DNA of 64,000 bases, from assembly GCA_030650025.1 (NCBI GenBank), contig JAUSEN010000008.1:1164-65163 (forward strand). The letters run 5' to 3'. Positions 45,257-55,789 of the stretch are shown piece after piece. The translations under genes and the position numbers were made by a program. Position 1 is the first letter of the stretch; the number at the start of each line of letters is the position of its first letter. The stretch comes from Candidatus Magasanikiibacteriota bacterium (GTDB taxonomy: Bacteria; Patescibacteriota; Patescibacteriia; Magasanikbacterales; GWA2-37-8). Under the pieces are notes generated by a model. It had not been told where the DNA came from. It made no database searches and saw nothing but the letters and a program-made list of their open reading frames with translations.

Positions 45257-45568
45257 TTATTTTTTCTCTAAATCTTTTTTAATCTCGTGCCACTTCTTTT
45301 TAAGTTGGCGCGTCAGTTGCACTTTCATCTCTTCGGCCATTTGGCGCTTCAACGCGTATTCCTCTACCGCCCGCTCGACCAAGGCTTCGTACATTTCGCG
45401 GGTCGGCCCCTCGAGCTGTTTTAAGCTGGCCTTGAGCTCCTCAAACAGCGGATTTAAATGCTCCGCGAGTTTAGCGCGGAATTCTTTACCCCTAGGAGTC
45501 GCGTTCAGCCACGTCAATGCCGCCCCCATTAATCCTCCTAAAATTAGCCCCTTACGAAATCTACCCAT
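45257..45568 (-). CDS. YtxH-like protein
   Basis: G.ILGG.MGAA..L..P.GKE.R. Confidence 0.75.
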   Translation of the reverse strand: MGRFRKGLILGGLMGAALTWLNATPRGKEFRAKLAEHLNPLFEELKASLKQLEGPTREMYEALVERAVEEYALKRQMAEEMKVQLTRQLKKKWHEIKKDLEKK

Positions 45569-45574
45569 ATAATT

Positions 45575-46213
45575 TTATGTTTTTTTATTAGTTAACTCGT
45601 CAAAAATTTCTTGATAAATCAGCATCAGTTTTACCCCTAAGCGCTCTTCGGGTTTCAGCCGGTAGCCGTTAACCTCCGAGAAATCCCCACCCGCAAATTC
45701 CGGGCCATAATCCATGGGTATATACAACTTAGCCATTCTTTTCAGGCTTTTAGGGACTTCTTCCGGAGAAATTGTGGTTACCAAATCAGCCACTCTAAAC
45801 AATTTTGGCAATACTAAACTATTATACCACCGAACCAAGTAACTGAACAGGTCGGTGACTGGTATTAAATGATAAAAACTCACCACCAAAACAATGTTCG
45901 GATTATTAGCCTTCCACTTTAAAATTTTCTGAATACCGCCAAAAAAGGGGCAGTGCACATGCACTACCTGAAAACCACTAAGCCCAAAGAGGACATCGCT
46001 AAAGCTCATTTTGCCGCTGAATTTACGACTAATAAAGCGCTGTGTACCCTCCCCGGCGCCGTCTAAAGCCGCCACCGACACCCGGCCAAACTGCAACGTA
46101 AAAGCTTCCACCTCCATACCCAAATTACTTTGCGCCTCCACTAACGCGAACGCTTCGCCTTTAATGTCTTCAAAATATTCAAACGAGGCCGGGATTAGGT
46201 GCGCGATTTTCAT
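45575..46213 (-). CDS. GT4 N-terminal-domain-like protein
   Basis: MKIAHL, VVHVHCPF and ADLV; no C-terminal EX7E domain. Confidence 0.55.
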   Translation of the reverse strand: MKIAHLIPASFEYFEDIKGEAFALVEAQSNLGMEVEAFTLQFGRVSVAALDGAGEGTQRFISRKFSGKMSFSDVLFGLSGFQVVHVHCPFFGGIQKILKWKANNPNIVLVVSFYHLIPVTDLFSYLVRWYNSLVLPKLFRVADLVTTISPEEVPKSLKRMAKLYIPMDYGPEFAGGDFSEVNGYRLKPEERLGVKLMLIYQEIFDELTNKKT

Positions 46214-46216
46214 AAA

Positions 46217-47029
46217 TTATTTTTTAGCAAAAACGTGAACATTGGGTGACGCCACCCGCGTCAGTAAAACCGATTCGCTGTAAACCAAGCTGTTAACAAA
46301 ATCTTTAAACAGCCGCGCCAGGCCGCTAGTATTCTGGCGGGCAAAATATTGTTCGTTATTAATCTGCGATCCGTTCGTTTGGCTTTTAGCTTGCCGCGCC
46401 ATTAAATAAAAAGCCACTACCCCTAATATTTGCCCCAAAATATGCTCGCTGTAACGGCAATTAATATTTTTAAAACCGGCTTTAATCAATAAATTTTGGA
46501 GCGCGCCCCGCGAAAAATACTGAATATGCCCGGCGAACCGCTTGGTCAAATCTTTTTTTAAACCCACCCTATCGAGAATATGCCAGAGCGACAGCCCATC
46601 TCCTTCGCACGGCACAAAACCGTAAAACCTTCCGCCCGGCTTTAATACCCGGTTCGCTCTTAACAAAAAATCCGCGGGGTCAGGCACATGCTCCAACACA
46701 TCAAATATTACCACGGCCTCAAAATAATTATCGCTAAATCCTAAGTCCGTGGCCGTTGAGACCGCGTAAGTAACACCATCAGCAAATTTTGTAGCTTCCC
46801 GAATCGCCTCTTGGCTGATATCAATGCCAAAACAAAGTAAATCCGGGCGCGCTTTTTTAAGGCCACGAATAAACTGGCCCGCCCCGCTCCCAACTTCTAA
46901 AACTTTAGCCCCCGCGGGCAGATTTTTAAGAGCGTGAAGCGCTTGGCGCAACCGGAAGGCCGCCGGGTCCGAGAGTTTTAAGGTCGCGGTCCGCGCCCCC
47001 CAAATGGATTGTTCGTAGTCAAATGACAT
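46217..47029 (-). CDS. Class I SAM-dependent methyltransferase
   Basis: VLEVGSGAG, GIDIS, DVLEHV and RVLKPGG. Confidence 0.9.
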   Translation of the reverse strand: MSFDYEQSIWGARTATLKLSDPAAFRLRQALHALKNLPAGAKVLEVGSGAGQFIRGLKKARPDLLCFGIDISQEAIREATKFADGVTYAVSTATDLGFSDNYFEAVVIFDVLEHVPDPADFLLRANRVLKPGGRFYGFVPCEGDGLSLWHILDRVGLKKDLTKRFAGHIQYFSRGALQNLLIKAGFKNINCRYSEHILGQILGVVAFYLMARQAKSQTNGSQINNEQYFARQNTSGLARLFKDFVNSLVYSESVLLTRVASPNVHVFAKK

Positions 47030-48134
47030 GTTGGCTGAAATAAGCGTTTTCCAATAAATCAACGTGCGCCGCGAGCGAAAATTTGTTTTGAACCGCTGGG
47101 CTAACTTTACTGCCCAGGTTTTTCCGCTCCTCCTCGCTCATGCTAAAAATCAGGCATAATTTTGCAATTAAATCCGTGGCACTACCGGCTAAAAACTTAA
47201 ATATGCCATCGTCTTCACTGGCCTGATTGCCTTCAGAATGGCTTTTAATTACCAATGTTCCGGACGCCATCGCCTCGGCCGCCACCAAAGAAAAAGATTC
47301 ACTGTCGCTTGGCACCACCACGCAGTCCGCCGCCCGATAAAATCGCGACAACTCCGCTCTCGCCATACTGCCAAAAAAATTAATTTTATCACCTATCTTC
47401 AAATCTTCCGCCATTTTTCTAAATTTTTTTTCGCTATAACCACCACCCACTACCGCTAAACGCCAATCGCTATCGCCCTCGGCAAGAGCTCGAAGTAATA
47501 AATCCAGCCTTTTTACCGGCATCAAATTCCCTACAAATAAAATAACCTTCCCTTCTCCGAGCGCTAAATTACCTAAAATTGCTCGGTCTCTTGTTCCCAA
47601 TGTAAATATATTGCTATCGACCGGGTTCGGCAACTCGCTAATTTTATCAGCTCGTAAATTTTTTAAATATGCGCTACGCGCAAAATAAGTTTTGCTGACT
47701 AAAAATACTTGATTGGCATTTCTTAAAATTGTTCCTAAAAAAAATTCGTCACTGATTTTTTTATAAATTTGCCGCATTCCCGTCATCTGGCCTTCCATGT
47801 GCAAAGTTACCACCAAGGGCACTCTGGCTTGGCGTGCCGCCCGCGCCGCTAACCAAGCCGAACCATACCACGGCAAATGCAGATGAACGATATCAAAATC
47901 CTTAAAGCGATCGCCAAACCTGACCACGCCCCCGTCGCCACGGCGCAAGATTGGCTTTAAGCGCTCTACCATAAAACCATCTACCGCCTCGCTCCCCGTT
48001 TCACTGCCATAGCGCATGGTAAAAACACTAACACTGTGGCCGCGTAAAACGAGCGCCTTAGACTCGTCATAAACCACCACTCCCATACCGCCTAGCCGGG
48101 GATAAAAAGTGCTAACCACGTGAGCAATACGCAT
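47019..48134 (-). CDS. GT4 family glycosyltransferase
   Basis: GG.G, LFVG.L..KR and ESFSLVAAEAMASG. Confidence 0.92.
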   Translation of the reverse strand: MRIAHVVSTFYPRLGGMGVVVYDESKALVLRGHSVSVFTMRYGSETGSEAVDGFMVERLKPILRRGDGGVVRFGDRFKDFDIVHLHLPWYGSAWLAARAARQARVPLVVTLHMEGQMTGMRQIYKKISDEFFLGTILRNANQVFLVSKTYFARSAYLKNLRADKISELPNPVDSNIFTLGTRDRAILGNLALGEGKVILFVGNLMPVKRLDLLLRALAEGDSDWRLAVVGGGYSEKKFRKMAEDLKIGDKINFFGSMARAELSRFYRAADCVVVPSDSESFSLVAAEAMASGTLVIKSHSEGNQASEDDGIFKFLAGSATDLIAKLCLIFSMSEEERKNLGSKVSPAVQNKFSLAAHVDLLENAYFSQHVI

Positions 48135-48136
48135 AC

Positions 48137-48469
48137 CTATTTTTTTTCCGCGTTCTTTAAGGCTAATTCTCGAGTCAATTCGGTAACTTCTTTCTTTAAA
48201 CGCTCGACCGCCACGAGCAATCGGAAAACCATAAAAAATAATACGGCCAGCGCCAAATACATTACCGCGTCCGCCCCGCGCGCTACTCCCAAAATTCTAG
48301 CCAAATAAAACGTGCCATTAGGGTTTACCACCACCCACGCCCCCGCGGCCCAAAAAATCAGCCAAAGCGCCACCATGCCAAAAGTAATATCGCGGCTTTG
48401 GTAGCGTTGCCAGGCTTTAAAGGCCGCCCCAGCGAAAAAAATCATTAAAATAATCTGGATAGTGTTCAT
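48137..48469 (-). CDS. DUF2304 membrane protein
   Basis: LA..LGV.RG.D and T.L.RELAL; adjacent to a GT2 gene. Confidence 0.85.
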   Translation of the reverse strand: MNTIQIILMIFFAGAAFKAWQRYQSRDITFGMVALWLIFWAAGAWVVVNPNGTFYLARILGVARGADAVMYLALAVLFFMVFRLLVAVERLKKEVTELTRELALKNAEKK

Positions 48470-49128
48470 ACAAACAAAGATTTAACTAAATCAACCACGA
48501 CTCTAAACCCGCTAATCATTCCTTGGCCATATTCGTGATAATAAACCGTTACCGGCACTTCGGCGAATTTTAAATTGTTCCGCTTTAAACTCCCCACAAT
48601 CTCACTGTTATGCGCCATGCGCGGCTGTTCAATTCTAATTTTTTGTAAAGCCGCGGCTCCAAAAATTCTAAAACCATTTTGCCCGTCTGTCAACTTAACT
48701 CCTGCGAATAAAAAATTAATTAGCCTAGCTAACGGCAAAATTAATAAACGTTTAGAAACTGGCAGGCGATTAGCGCGCATAAAACGCGATCCTAAAACCG
48801 CGTCTAAATTCCCGACTTTTAAAAACTCTAGAGCCGGAGCAATATCCCCTGCGTCGTGCTGGTTGTCCGCGTCAAAATGAACTACCGTGTCAAATCCTTG
48901 GCGGCGCGCGTACTCATTGCCAGTTTCTAAGGCCGCTCCTTGGCCGCGGTTAAGCGCGTGGCGCAAAACCACCGCCCCCTCGCTGGCCGCAATTTCCCCG
49001 GTTACGTCCCCTGACCCATCGTCTACCACTACCACGTCTTTAAATCCGTGTTCAAAAAGGTCGCGGAGCACGCGACCAATCTTCTTGGCTTCATTATAAG
49101 CCGGAATTATAATCAGCGCCATACACAT
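48466..49128 (-). CDS. GT2 (DPM1-like) glycosyltransferase
   Basis: IIPAYNE, VDDGS, N.GQGAA, FDAD.QH and GSRF. Confidence 0.92.
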   Translation of the reverse strand: MCMALIIIPAYNEAKKIGRVLRDLFEHGFKDVVVVDDGSGDVTGEIAASEGAVVLRHALNRGQGAALETGNEYARRQGFDTVVHFDADNQHDAGDIAPALEFLKVGNLDAVLGSRFMRANRLPVSKRLLILPLARLINFLFAGVKLTDGQNGFRIFGAAALQKIRIEQPRMAHNSEIVGSLKRNNLKFAEVPVTVYYHEYGQGMISGFRVVVDLVKSLFV

Positions 49129-49141
49129 CGCGATAGGCCAT

Positions 49142-50173
49142 TTACACTCTCTGTCCTTCGTCGCTAAACAAAAAAGCTTCTTTGTTGGCAATTACAAAAT
49201 CTACAGTTTTGCGGAGGCCATCTTCGAGCCGGACCAACGGGAACCACCCCAAGGTTTCTTTGGCATAATGCACGTTCGGCGTGCCTTTGCTGGTTAAAAA
49301 CAACAGTGGTTTATCTAACACCACTCGCGAAGTGGAATTAGTCAAATTAATAATCATGGCGGCAACATCAGTGTATTTGATCGCTTCTTCGCCGCCTAAA
49401 TTCACAACTTTAACGCTCTCTTCCGCGTCCATGAGGCGCACTAAGCCGTCTACCATGTCTGACACAAAGCAAAGCGAAGTGGAAAAATTCTTATCGCCGT
49501 GAATAACTAAATCTTTATTCTCTAAAGCGTTGATAATAAAATCCGGTATGAGCTGATTTTCAAACAAACGCAAACGCGGCCCATACGTGGTAAACACCCG
49601 GGCAATTTTGGCGTCGAACCCATTTTTCTCCGCGTAAGTGGAAACGCAGGTTTCCGCGAACCGCTTGCCTTCGTCATAGCAAGCCCTCGGCGAGAGCTGG
49701 TTAACTGTGCCCTGCGAATCTTCGGACAAAGCCGACCGCTTCTGAATATCATCGCCATAAACCACCGCGCTCGAGGTAAAGAGATATTTGGCGCGGTGCT
49801 TAGCCGCGAGCTCCAAAGTATTGATCACGCCCAAAGAATTCGCCTTGAGAGTGTCTATTTTAATGGCTTCAAAATTTTTGGGGCTGGTTGGGCACGCCAA
49901 ATGATAAATTTCTTGGATACCCTGAAATTTAATTTTAAACTTGTCGAGGCCTTCGTGTTCTTCCAAATTAAGCGGTTTGGTAATGTCGTAATTAATAAAT
50001 TCGAAATCCGGATACTGCAATAAATGGTTAATATTTTGGGTGTTGGAATTGGAAAAATTGTCAACGCAAATCACCTTGGCTTCGCGCAAGAGCCGTTCGC
50101 ATAAATGCGAGCCAATAAAGCCGGCTCCGCCCGTTACTAAAACATTTTTTTTCTCAAATATGGGGGTATCCAT
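49142..50173 (-). CDS. NAD-dependent epimerase/dehydratase (UDP-glucuronate decarboxylase-like)
   Basis: TGGAGFIGSHL, IYHLACP.SP and CYDEGKR. Confidence 0.88.
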   Translation of the reverse strand: MDTPIFEKKNVLVTGGAGFIGSHLCERLLREAKVICVDNFSNSNTQNINHLLQYPDFEFINYDITKPLNLEEHEGLDKFKIKFQGIQEIYHLACPTSPKNFEAIKIDTLKANSLGVINTLELAAKHRAKYLFTSSAVVYGDDIQKRSALSEDSQGTVNQLSPRACYDEGKRFAETCVSTYAEKNGFDAKIARVFTTYGPRLRLFENQLIPDFIINALENKDLVIHGDKNFSTSLCFVSDMVDGLVRLMDAEESVKVVNLGGEEAIKYTDVAAMIINLTNSTSRVVLDKPLLFLTSKGTPNVHYAKETLGWFPLVRLEDGLRKTVDFVIANKEAFLFSDEGQRV

Positions 50174-50226
50174 AGGTAATATTAGCGTTTAAATTATATC
50201 ATGCCAGCTAAAAAAACGCAAAAAAA

Positions 50227-52197
50227 CTATTTAACCGCTAAATTCGCTAGATTTAGGGTTGTAACAAAACTGCCATCGGGCTTGACCACGCCAAATTTCC
50301 CGCCACCCGGATGCCAACGCAGTAAGAGAGGCCGCCCGCTGTCCTGGTCGCTACCAAGCAAAATTTTCCAAGCCGGTAGCTTGGCCGCGCCTTTAACAGT
50401 AGCCACAACTTCTTGCCGGTAACTTTGTGAAGGCAAATCTAGAATAAATTGCTTCAGTATTTTACCGCTTAAAACCAGAGCCGCGGCCTGGTCGCTCCCG
50501 CCGCCAAACAAATTCCCCGCTGTAAAATCTACAATTTTATCCACACTCGGGAAGCTCATGGCGCTTAGCTGTTTGCCGCTAATATCAAATTCACGAACAT
50601 TTAAAACCTTTTTGGTCAGCGTAGCCATTGCCAACGATTTGCCATTATTTAATAGCGCCCAGTCAGCCACCGAACCGGCTATCAGCATCTCTCCCTGGCG
50701 TTCGCCCGTTGCCGAAATCGTCACGAATTTAGTTTGCTTAAACCGCGGCGAATAAAACTCCACCATAAATTTTCTCTCCAAATAATCGCTCTGCCAAGCG
50801 ACTCGTCTAGGCTTAAAATCCCCTTCTTTTTCTAAATCCACCGACAATTCTTTAAGCGCGCGGCCATTGCCCCAAAATAAATTTAAATAGTAATAAGAAC
50901 CGCGCCGGAGGAGAGCCACCCCTTCCTCCTGGCGCTTCACCGCCGCTGATTTCACGGCCCAATCTACCAGCGTCGCGCCCGCGAAACTTTTTACCAAAAA
51001 TTTTTCCTCGCTCAAAATGTCGTAACGCCACAGTTGATTTTTACCCGCGTAAAATATGGAACTAAAAGGCAGGATCTCGCCGCCGCTATTTTTGGCCTGC
51101 TTCACAGCCGCTCCCATGTTAAGGCGGCCCGCTAGTTCCGCCTCCCCCTTAGGCGCCAAGAACACTGTCTTTTCCGCCGTATTGACCAAAACATCCGCGA
51201 TTTGCTCTGGTGTCCACGCCGGGCGCAGGGATTTAACCAGCGCGGCCGCTCCCGCCACAATCGGCGTCGCGAACGAAGTCCCATTCCAGGGTCCGCCAAA
51301 TTCTTCGGAAAAACCCTTGGCTAAGTCATACCATTCGGTGCTGTAAATATTCTCGCCCGGCGCGTAAATATCAACACACGATCCAAAATTACTAAAAACG
51401 CTAACGTTATTTTTTTGATCCACCGAACCCACTCCTAAAACTAAATTCTTAATCGTCGGCGTTTTAAAACAAGCCGGGTATAATGGCTTGGCATCAAGGT
51501 TCCCCTCGCTCCTGGGGTCATGATTGCCCGCGGCCGCCACAATTAATACTCCGGCTTGATTAGCGCGAATTAAGGCGCTATATAACTCGGTGCTAAAATT
51601 CTCGCCCACAAAACTCATGCTGATAATATCCGCGCCATTTTGAACGGCGTAATCAACCGCTTGCGCCACCTTGAAAGACGAACCATACCCATAACTATCA
51701 ATAGTGCGCAGGAGCATCATCTTGACTCGCCAGGCCGCCCCTACCCCGTCTCTATTATTATCACCAACTGCCCCGGCGAGGCCGGCTCCGATGGCCGCGT
51801 GGCGAACCGCGTCCGGATCCAGGTCACCATTTCCTAGTTCCCGGGGGTTATTATTATTCTCCACGAAATTCCATCCATGCACATCATCTACATAGCCATT
51901 ATTATCATCATCAATCTCATTAAACGGAGTTTCATAAGGATTCACCCAAATATTAGTGGCTAAATCCGGATGCAAATAATCGCTCCCGGTGTCAATAATC
52001 GCGAGCACCACGGCTCCATTGCCAATCGTTTCGTCCCAAGCGGCCGGCGCCTGTACTTGCTCCCAAAAAGCGGCCTGGCGAGCATATTCCGGATCATTCG
52101 GCAAACGCGCGCTTACCGCTAATGGACTCAAAAATAAAATCACGGTCGTGAGAGCGACCATTGATTTTTTTAAGAATTTAGCGTATAGTAAAAACAT
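50227..52197 (-). CDS. S8 subtilisin-like serine peptidase, secreted
   Basis: Signal peptide, IIDTG, H(AAIGAG), AAAGN and GTSFATP. Confidence 0.9.
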   Translation of the reverse strand: MFLLYAKFLKKSMVALTTVILFLSPLAVSARLPNDPEYARQAAFWEQVQAPAAWDETIGNGAVVLAIIDTGSDYLHPDLATNIWVNPYETPFNEIDDDNNGYVDDVHGWNFVENNNNPRELGNGDLDPDAVRHAAIGAGLAGAVGDNNRDGVGAAWRVKMMLLRTIDSYGYGSSFKVAQAVDYAVQNGADIISMSFVGENFSTELYSALIRANQAGVLIVAAAGNHDPRSEGNLDAKPLYPACFKTPTIKNLVLGVGSVDQKNNVSVFSNFGSCVDIYAPGENIYSTEWYDLAKGFSEEFGGPWNGTSFATPIVAGAAALVKSLRPAWTPEQIADVLVNTAEKTVFLAPKGEAELAGRLNMGAAVKQAKNSGGEILPFSSIFYAGKNQLWRYDILSEEKFLVKSFAGATLVDWAVKSAAVKRQEEGVALLRRGSYYYLNLFWGNGRALKELSVDLEKEGDFKPRRVAWQSDYLERKFMVEFYSPRFKQTKFVTISATGERQGEMLIAGSVADWALLNNGKSLAMATLTKKVLNVREFDISGKQLSAMSFPSVDKIVDFTAGNLFGGGSDQAAALVLSGKILKQFILDLPSQSYRQEVVATVKGAAKLPAWKILLGSDQDSGRPLLLRWHPGGGKFGVVKPDGSFVTTLNLANLAVK

Positions 52198-52250
52198 AAG
52201 CTACTTAAACTCGTAAGTAGTATATCTTATTTTATAATTTTTTACTACGC

Positions 52251-53639
52251 ATGATGATGCGTTTTAAACAACTCACGCTTCTGTGCGGTGACTTCTTGGC
52301 GCTTTGGGCCGGCCTGTACCTAGCCGCCGCCACCCGGGAGTTCAACCTCACGCCGAATAACTGGCTCGCCTTGAGCGAGTCATTTTTGCCTTTATTCGGA
52401 TTGGCGGTGGTAATTCTGTTTATTATCGGCCTCTACGACGTGGGGCGCGCCAAAAATAGCTGGGGTTTTTTTGAGAGCATATCCCTCACCGCCGCAATCT
52501 GGCTATTGCTCGGCGTTATCTTTTTTTACATAAACCCCAACGCCACCCTCGCCCCCAAAACTATTCTGGCGCTCGGTACAATATTTTGTTTTGGCCTCAT
52601 CGCGCTCTGGCGCTATATTTACAATCGTTTTTTATCGGCTTCTATCTTACGCACTCGGGTTTTATTCATCGGACTGACTCCCGAAGTCAGCGAGCTGGTT
52701 GCTCTCTTTCAAAGAGAACCGGCCCGCGGCTTTGTAGTCTTGGGCTGTATCGCCGCCAACCTGCAAACTACCGGCTTGCCGGGCGCCGCTAATCTTAATG
52801 TCGCTACCGCCGCCACCTTAGAAGAAATTCTCAAGCTCTCTCCTCGCGTCTTTCCCGATATTATTGTCATCGCTCCAGGCGAGGACAGCGCCCTGTTGCG
52901 CCAAGAGCTTTACGCTCTCTTATTCAACCAAATCAGCGTGTTAGACTTAGCGGAATTTTACGAACGGATTTTCCGCCGCGTTCCGCCCTTTACGTTTTCC
53001 GAAAGCTGGTTTTTAACGCATCTCAACGAGCAGGCCAACAAAATATACGACCGCGCGCGCCTGCTGTTTGATTATTTAGTAGCGGCGCTCATGGCCATAA
53101 TTTTTTTAGCTACCTGGCCGCTCTTAGCTCTCTTAATAAAAATTACTTCCTCCGGGACGATTCTTTTTAAACAAATTCGCGTGGGGCGCGGCCAAACCAA
53201 TTTTACCATGTACAAATACCGCACCATGCGTTCTTTAGCGGCGGATGGCAGCGCCGAGGTTTCGGGCCCAGAATTTGCCAAAAACAATGACACCCGGGTC
53301 ACTAAATTCGGGAAATTTTTGCGCCAAACTAGGCTGGACGAACTGCCCCAATGTTTAAATATTCTGCGGGGCGAAATGGGCCTGATTGGCCCCAGGCCAG
53401 AGCGGCCGGAATTTGTCGAGGCTCTCAAGCGCGAGATGCCCTTTTATTCCCTCCGGCACTTAATTAAACCCGGTCTCACCGGCTGGGCGCAATTGCAACA
53501 ATCTTATTATGGGAACATTTCGGAAAATTTAAAAAAATTGGAATACGATTTATATTATATAAAAAATCGCGGGCCCTGGTTAGACCTCGCGATTATATTG
53601 CGGACGTTTAATATCTTATTTCGGATGATTGGACGCTAA
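52251..53639 (+). CDS. Polyprenyl glycosylphosphotransferase (WbaP/WcaJ family)
   Basis: F.MYKYRTM, R..RLDELPQ, GPRPERP and KPGLTGWAQ. Confidence 0.92.
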   Translation: MMMRFKQLTLLCGDFLALWAGLYLAAATREFNLTPNNWLALSESFLPLFGLAVVILFIIGLYDVGRAKNSWGFFESISLTAAIWLLLGVIFFYINPNATLAPKTILALGTIFCFGLIALWRYIYNRFLSASILRTRVLFIGLTPEVSELVALFQREPARGFVVLGCIAANLQTTGLPGAANLNVATAATLEEILKLSPRVFPDIIVIAPGEDSALLRQELYALLFNQISVLDLAEFYERIFRRVPPFTFSESWFLTHLNEQANKIYDRARLLFDYLVAALMAIIFLATWPLLALLIKITSSGTILFKQIRVGRGQTNFTMYKYRTMRSLAADGSAEVSGPEFAKNNDTRVTKFGKFLRQTRLDELPQCLNILRGEMGLIGPRPERPEFVEALKREMPFYSLRHLIKPGLTGWAQLQQSYYGNISENLKKLEYDLYYIKNRGPWLDLAIILRTFNILFRMIGR

Positions 53640-53641
53640 AA

Positions 53642-55273
53642 TTATTTTTCGGCCAACGCCGCTTTAATTAGCCCCATAAAAAGCGGATGCGGATTCAATG
53701 GCCGGGACTTAAACTCCGGATGGAACTGCGTCCCCACAAAATAAGGATGGTCCTTAAGCTCAATTATTTCCACTAAATCCGACTCGGGGTTAACGCCCGC
53801 GACCTCAAGACCCGCGGCCTCCATTTGCACCCTGAATTCGTTATTAAATTCATAACGGTGGCGATGCCGCTCGCTAATTTCATCCGCCTTATAAAGCTTG
53901 TGGGCGCGGCTACTCTTTTTTAAAACACAGCGGTAAGCGCCGAGGCGCATCGTGCCTCCGTATCTGTCTTCGCGGATATTTTTGGCTTGTGTCGGGTTGG
54001 CGCTGATAATTAAATACGGACTGTCCGGATTGCATTCCACCGTATGCGCGCCCGTAAAATGCAAAACATGGCGCGCGAATTCGATTGCCGCGAGTTGCAT
54101 GCCATAGCAAAGGCCCAGATACGGAATTTTATTTTCTCGAACGTAGCGAATGGCCGCGATTATCCCTTCTATCCCGCGGGTGCCAAACCCGCCCGGAACA
54201 ATCACCGCGTCAAAACTGTTCAGCTCTTTTAATTTGGCCGGGTTAGCCTCGTACTCTTCCGAATCCACCCACGTCAATTCCGGTTTAACGTTATGCGCGA
54301 AGCTGGCGTGTTTGATAGCTTCAATGACGGATATATAAGAATCCGACAACGTATAATTGCCGGTGCCAAAATATTTCCCCACGACCGCGATTTTTACCGG
54401 CTGCTCCGAGGTTTTTACTTTTTGCACAAAATGATTCCAGCGCAAATTCTTTTTATTGCGTAATTTCAATTTTAATTGCTTGGCCAAAAGTTCGCTAAAA
54501 TTTTGCCGCTCCAGCAAAGCCGGAATTTCATAGATACTTTTTACATCCGGAGCCGAAATAACATGATTTTCCGAGCGCATGCCGCAATTAGCTACCAGCG
54601 TTTCTTTGCGCGGCTTATCGAGCTCGTCCGGCCCCCGCGCCACGATAAAATCCGGTTGGAGGCCGCTGTTGTTCATGGTGCGAACGGCATGCTGGGTCGG
54701 CTTGGTTTTCATTTCGCCCAAATGCGATGGCACCGGCAAATAACTCACCAAAACCAAAGCCACATCGTCCGGTTCTTTTAATTTCATCATGCGCGCCGTT
54801 TCCAAAAATAAAATGTTTTGATACTCACCGACGGTGCCGCCGACTTCAATAATCATGACCTTGGCTGCCGAGGCCGCGGCCGCGGCATTAATGCGTTCCA
54901 TTACCTCAAGCGGAATATGTGGCACTACCTCCACGCATTTGCCTTTATATTTCATGGCCCTCTCCTTTTGAATTACATTCAGGTAAATCCGCCCGGTGGT
55001 CATGTAATTGGGCGAGTTAATATCGCAATCCAAAAAACGCTCGTAGTTGCCAATGTCTTGATCAGTCTCGTCGCCATCGTCAGTCACAAAAACCTCGCCG
55101 TGCACAGTGGGGTTCATGGTGCCGGCGTCAACATTAATATAAGGGTCAATTTTAATCGCGGACACTTTAAGCCCGCGATTGATCAAAATGCGCCCGATGG
55201 ACGCGGCGGTAATGCCTTTGCCCACTCCGGACAAAACCCCGCCCACCACAAAAATATATTTTGTTTTCTGCAT
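53642..55273 (-). CDS. pyrG: CTP synthase
   Basis: GGVLSGVGKG, KTKPTQH, GLCYGMQ and QFHPE. Confidence 0.98.
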   Translation of the reverse strand: MQKTKYIFVVGGVLSGVGKGITAASIGRILINRGLKVSAIKIDPYINVDAGTMNPTVHGEVFVTDDGDETDQDIGNYERFLDCDINSPNYMTTGRIYLNVIQKERAMKYKGKCVEVVPHIPLEVMERINAAAAASAAKVMIIEVGGTVGEYQNILFLETARMMKLKEPDDVALVLVSYLPVPSHLGEMKTKPTQHAVRTMNNSGLQPDFIVARGPDELDKPRKETLVANCGMRSENHVISAPDVKSIYEIPALLERQNFSELLAKQLKLKLRNKKNLRWNHFVQKVKTSEQPVKIAVVGKYFGTGNYTLSDSYISVIEAIKHASFAHNVKPELTWVDSEEYEANPAKLKELNSFDAVIVPGGFGTRGIEGIIAAIRYVRENKIPYLGLCYGMQLAAIEFARHVLHFTGAHTVECNPDSPYLIISANPTQAKNIREDRYGGTMRLGAYRCVLKKSSRAHKLYKADEISERHRHRYEFNNEFRVQMEAAGLEVAGVNPESDLVEIIELKDHPYFVGTQFHPEFKSRPLNPHPLFMGLIKAALAEK

Positions 55274-55289
55274 AACACGAAAGTCTAGC

Positions 55290-55733
55290 TCATTTACTAG
55301 ATTCGATATTTACTGCCACTTCCGCCTCGAGGCCATGGCGCAATTTGATTAAAATCGTGTGGCTCCCAATTTCTTTAATCGGTCTAGTTTTTATTTGACC
55401 TGGTTCTATCACCAACCCTTTAGCGCTAAGCGCCAGAGCGATTTTAACATCTCCCACGGCGGCATATAATTGGCCTTTCTCACTGGCTTTTTCTTTTAAA
55501 TCTAATTCATAGCCGTCGAGTCGGCTCGCCAGCGCCTGCTGCGCCTGAAGATCTTTTTCCGCGTCGCGGCCCGCTTTGGTATGACGCGCTTCAATCGCAT
55601 TCACATTATGCTGATTAGCTTGCACTGCTAAATTTCGCGGAAACAAAAAATTGCGGGCATAGCCATCGGCCACGTCTTTGACATCATCGGGATTGCCTAA
55701 ACCAGTTACCTTTTTTAAGAGTATTACCTTCAT
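55290..55733 (-). CDS. rplI: 50S ribosomal protein L9
   Basis: MKVILL..V..LG..V.DGYARNFLFP. Confidence 0.96.
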   Translation of the reverse strand: MKVILLKKVTGLGNPDDVKDVADGYARNFLFPRNLAVQANQHNVNAIEARHTKAGRDAEKDLQAQQALASRLDGYELDLKEKASEKGQLYAAVGDVKIALALSAKGLVIEPGQIKTRPIKEIGSHTILIKLRHGLEAEVAVNIESSK

Positions 55734-55789
55734 AACACTTGATTTTTACTGATATTTAGTATATCATAGTGATTCTAAATAAACAAATT

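Noticed and set aside
51780-51810. Inactive subtilisin (HAA instead of HGT)
   Set aside because: Asp, His, Ser and the oxyanion Asn are all retained.
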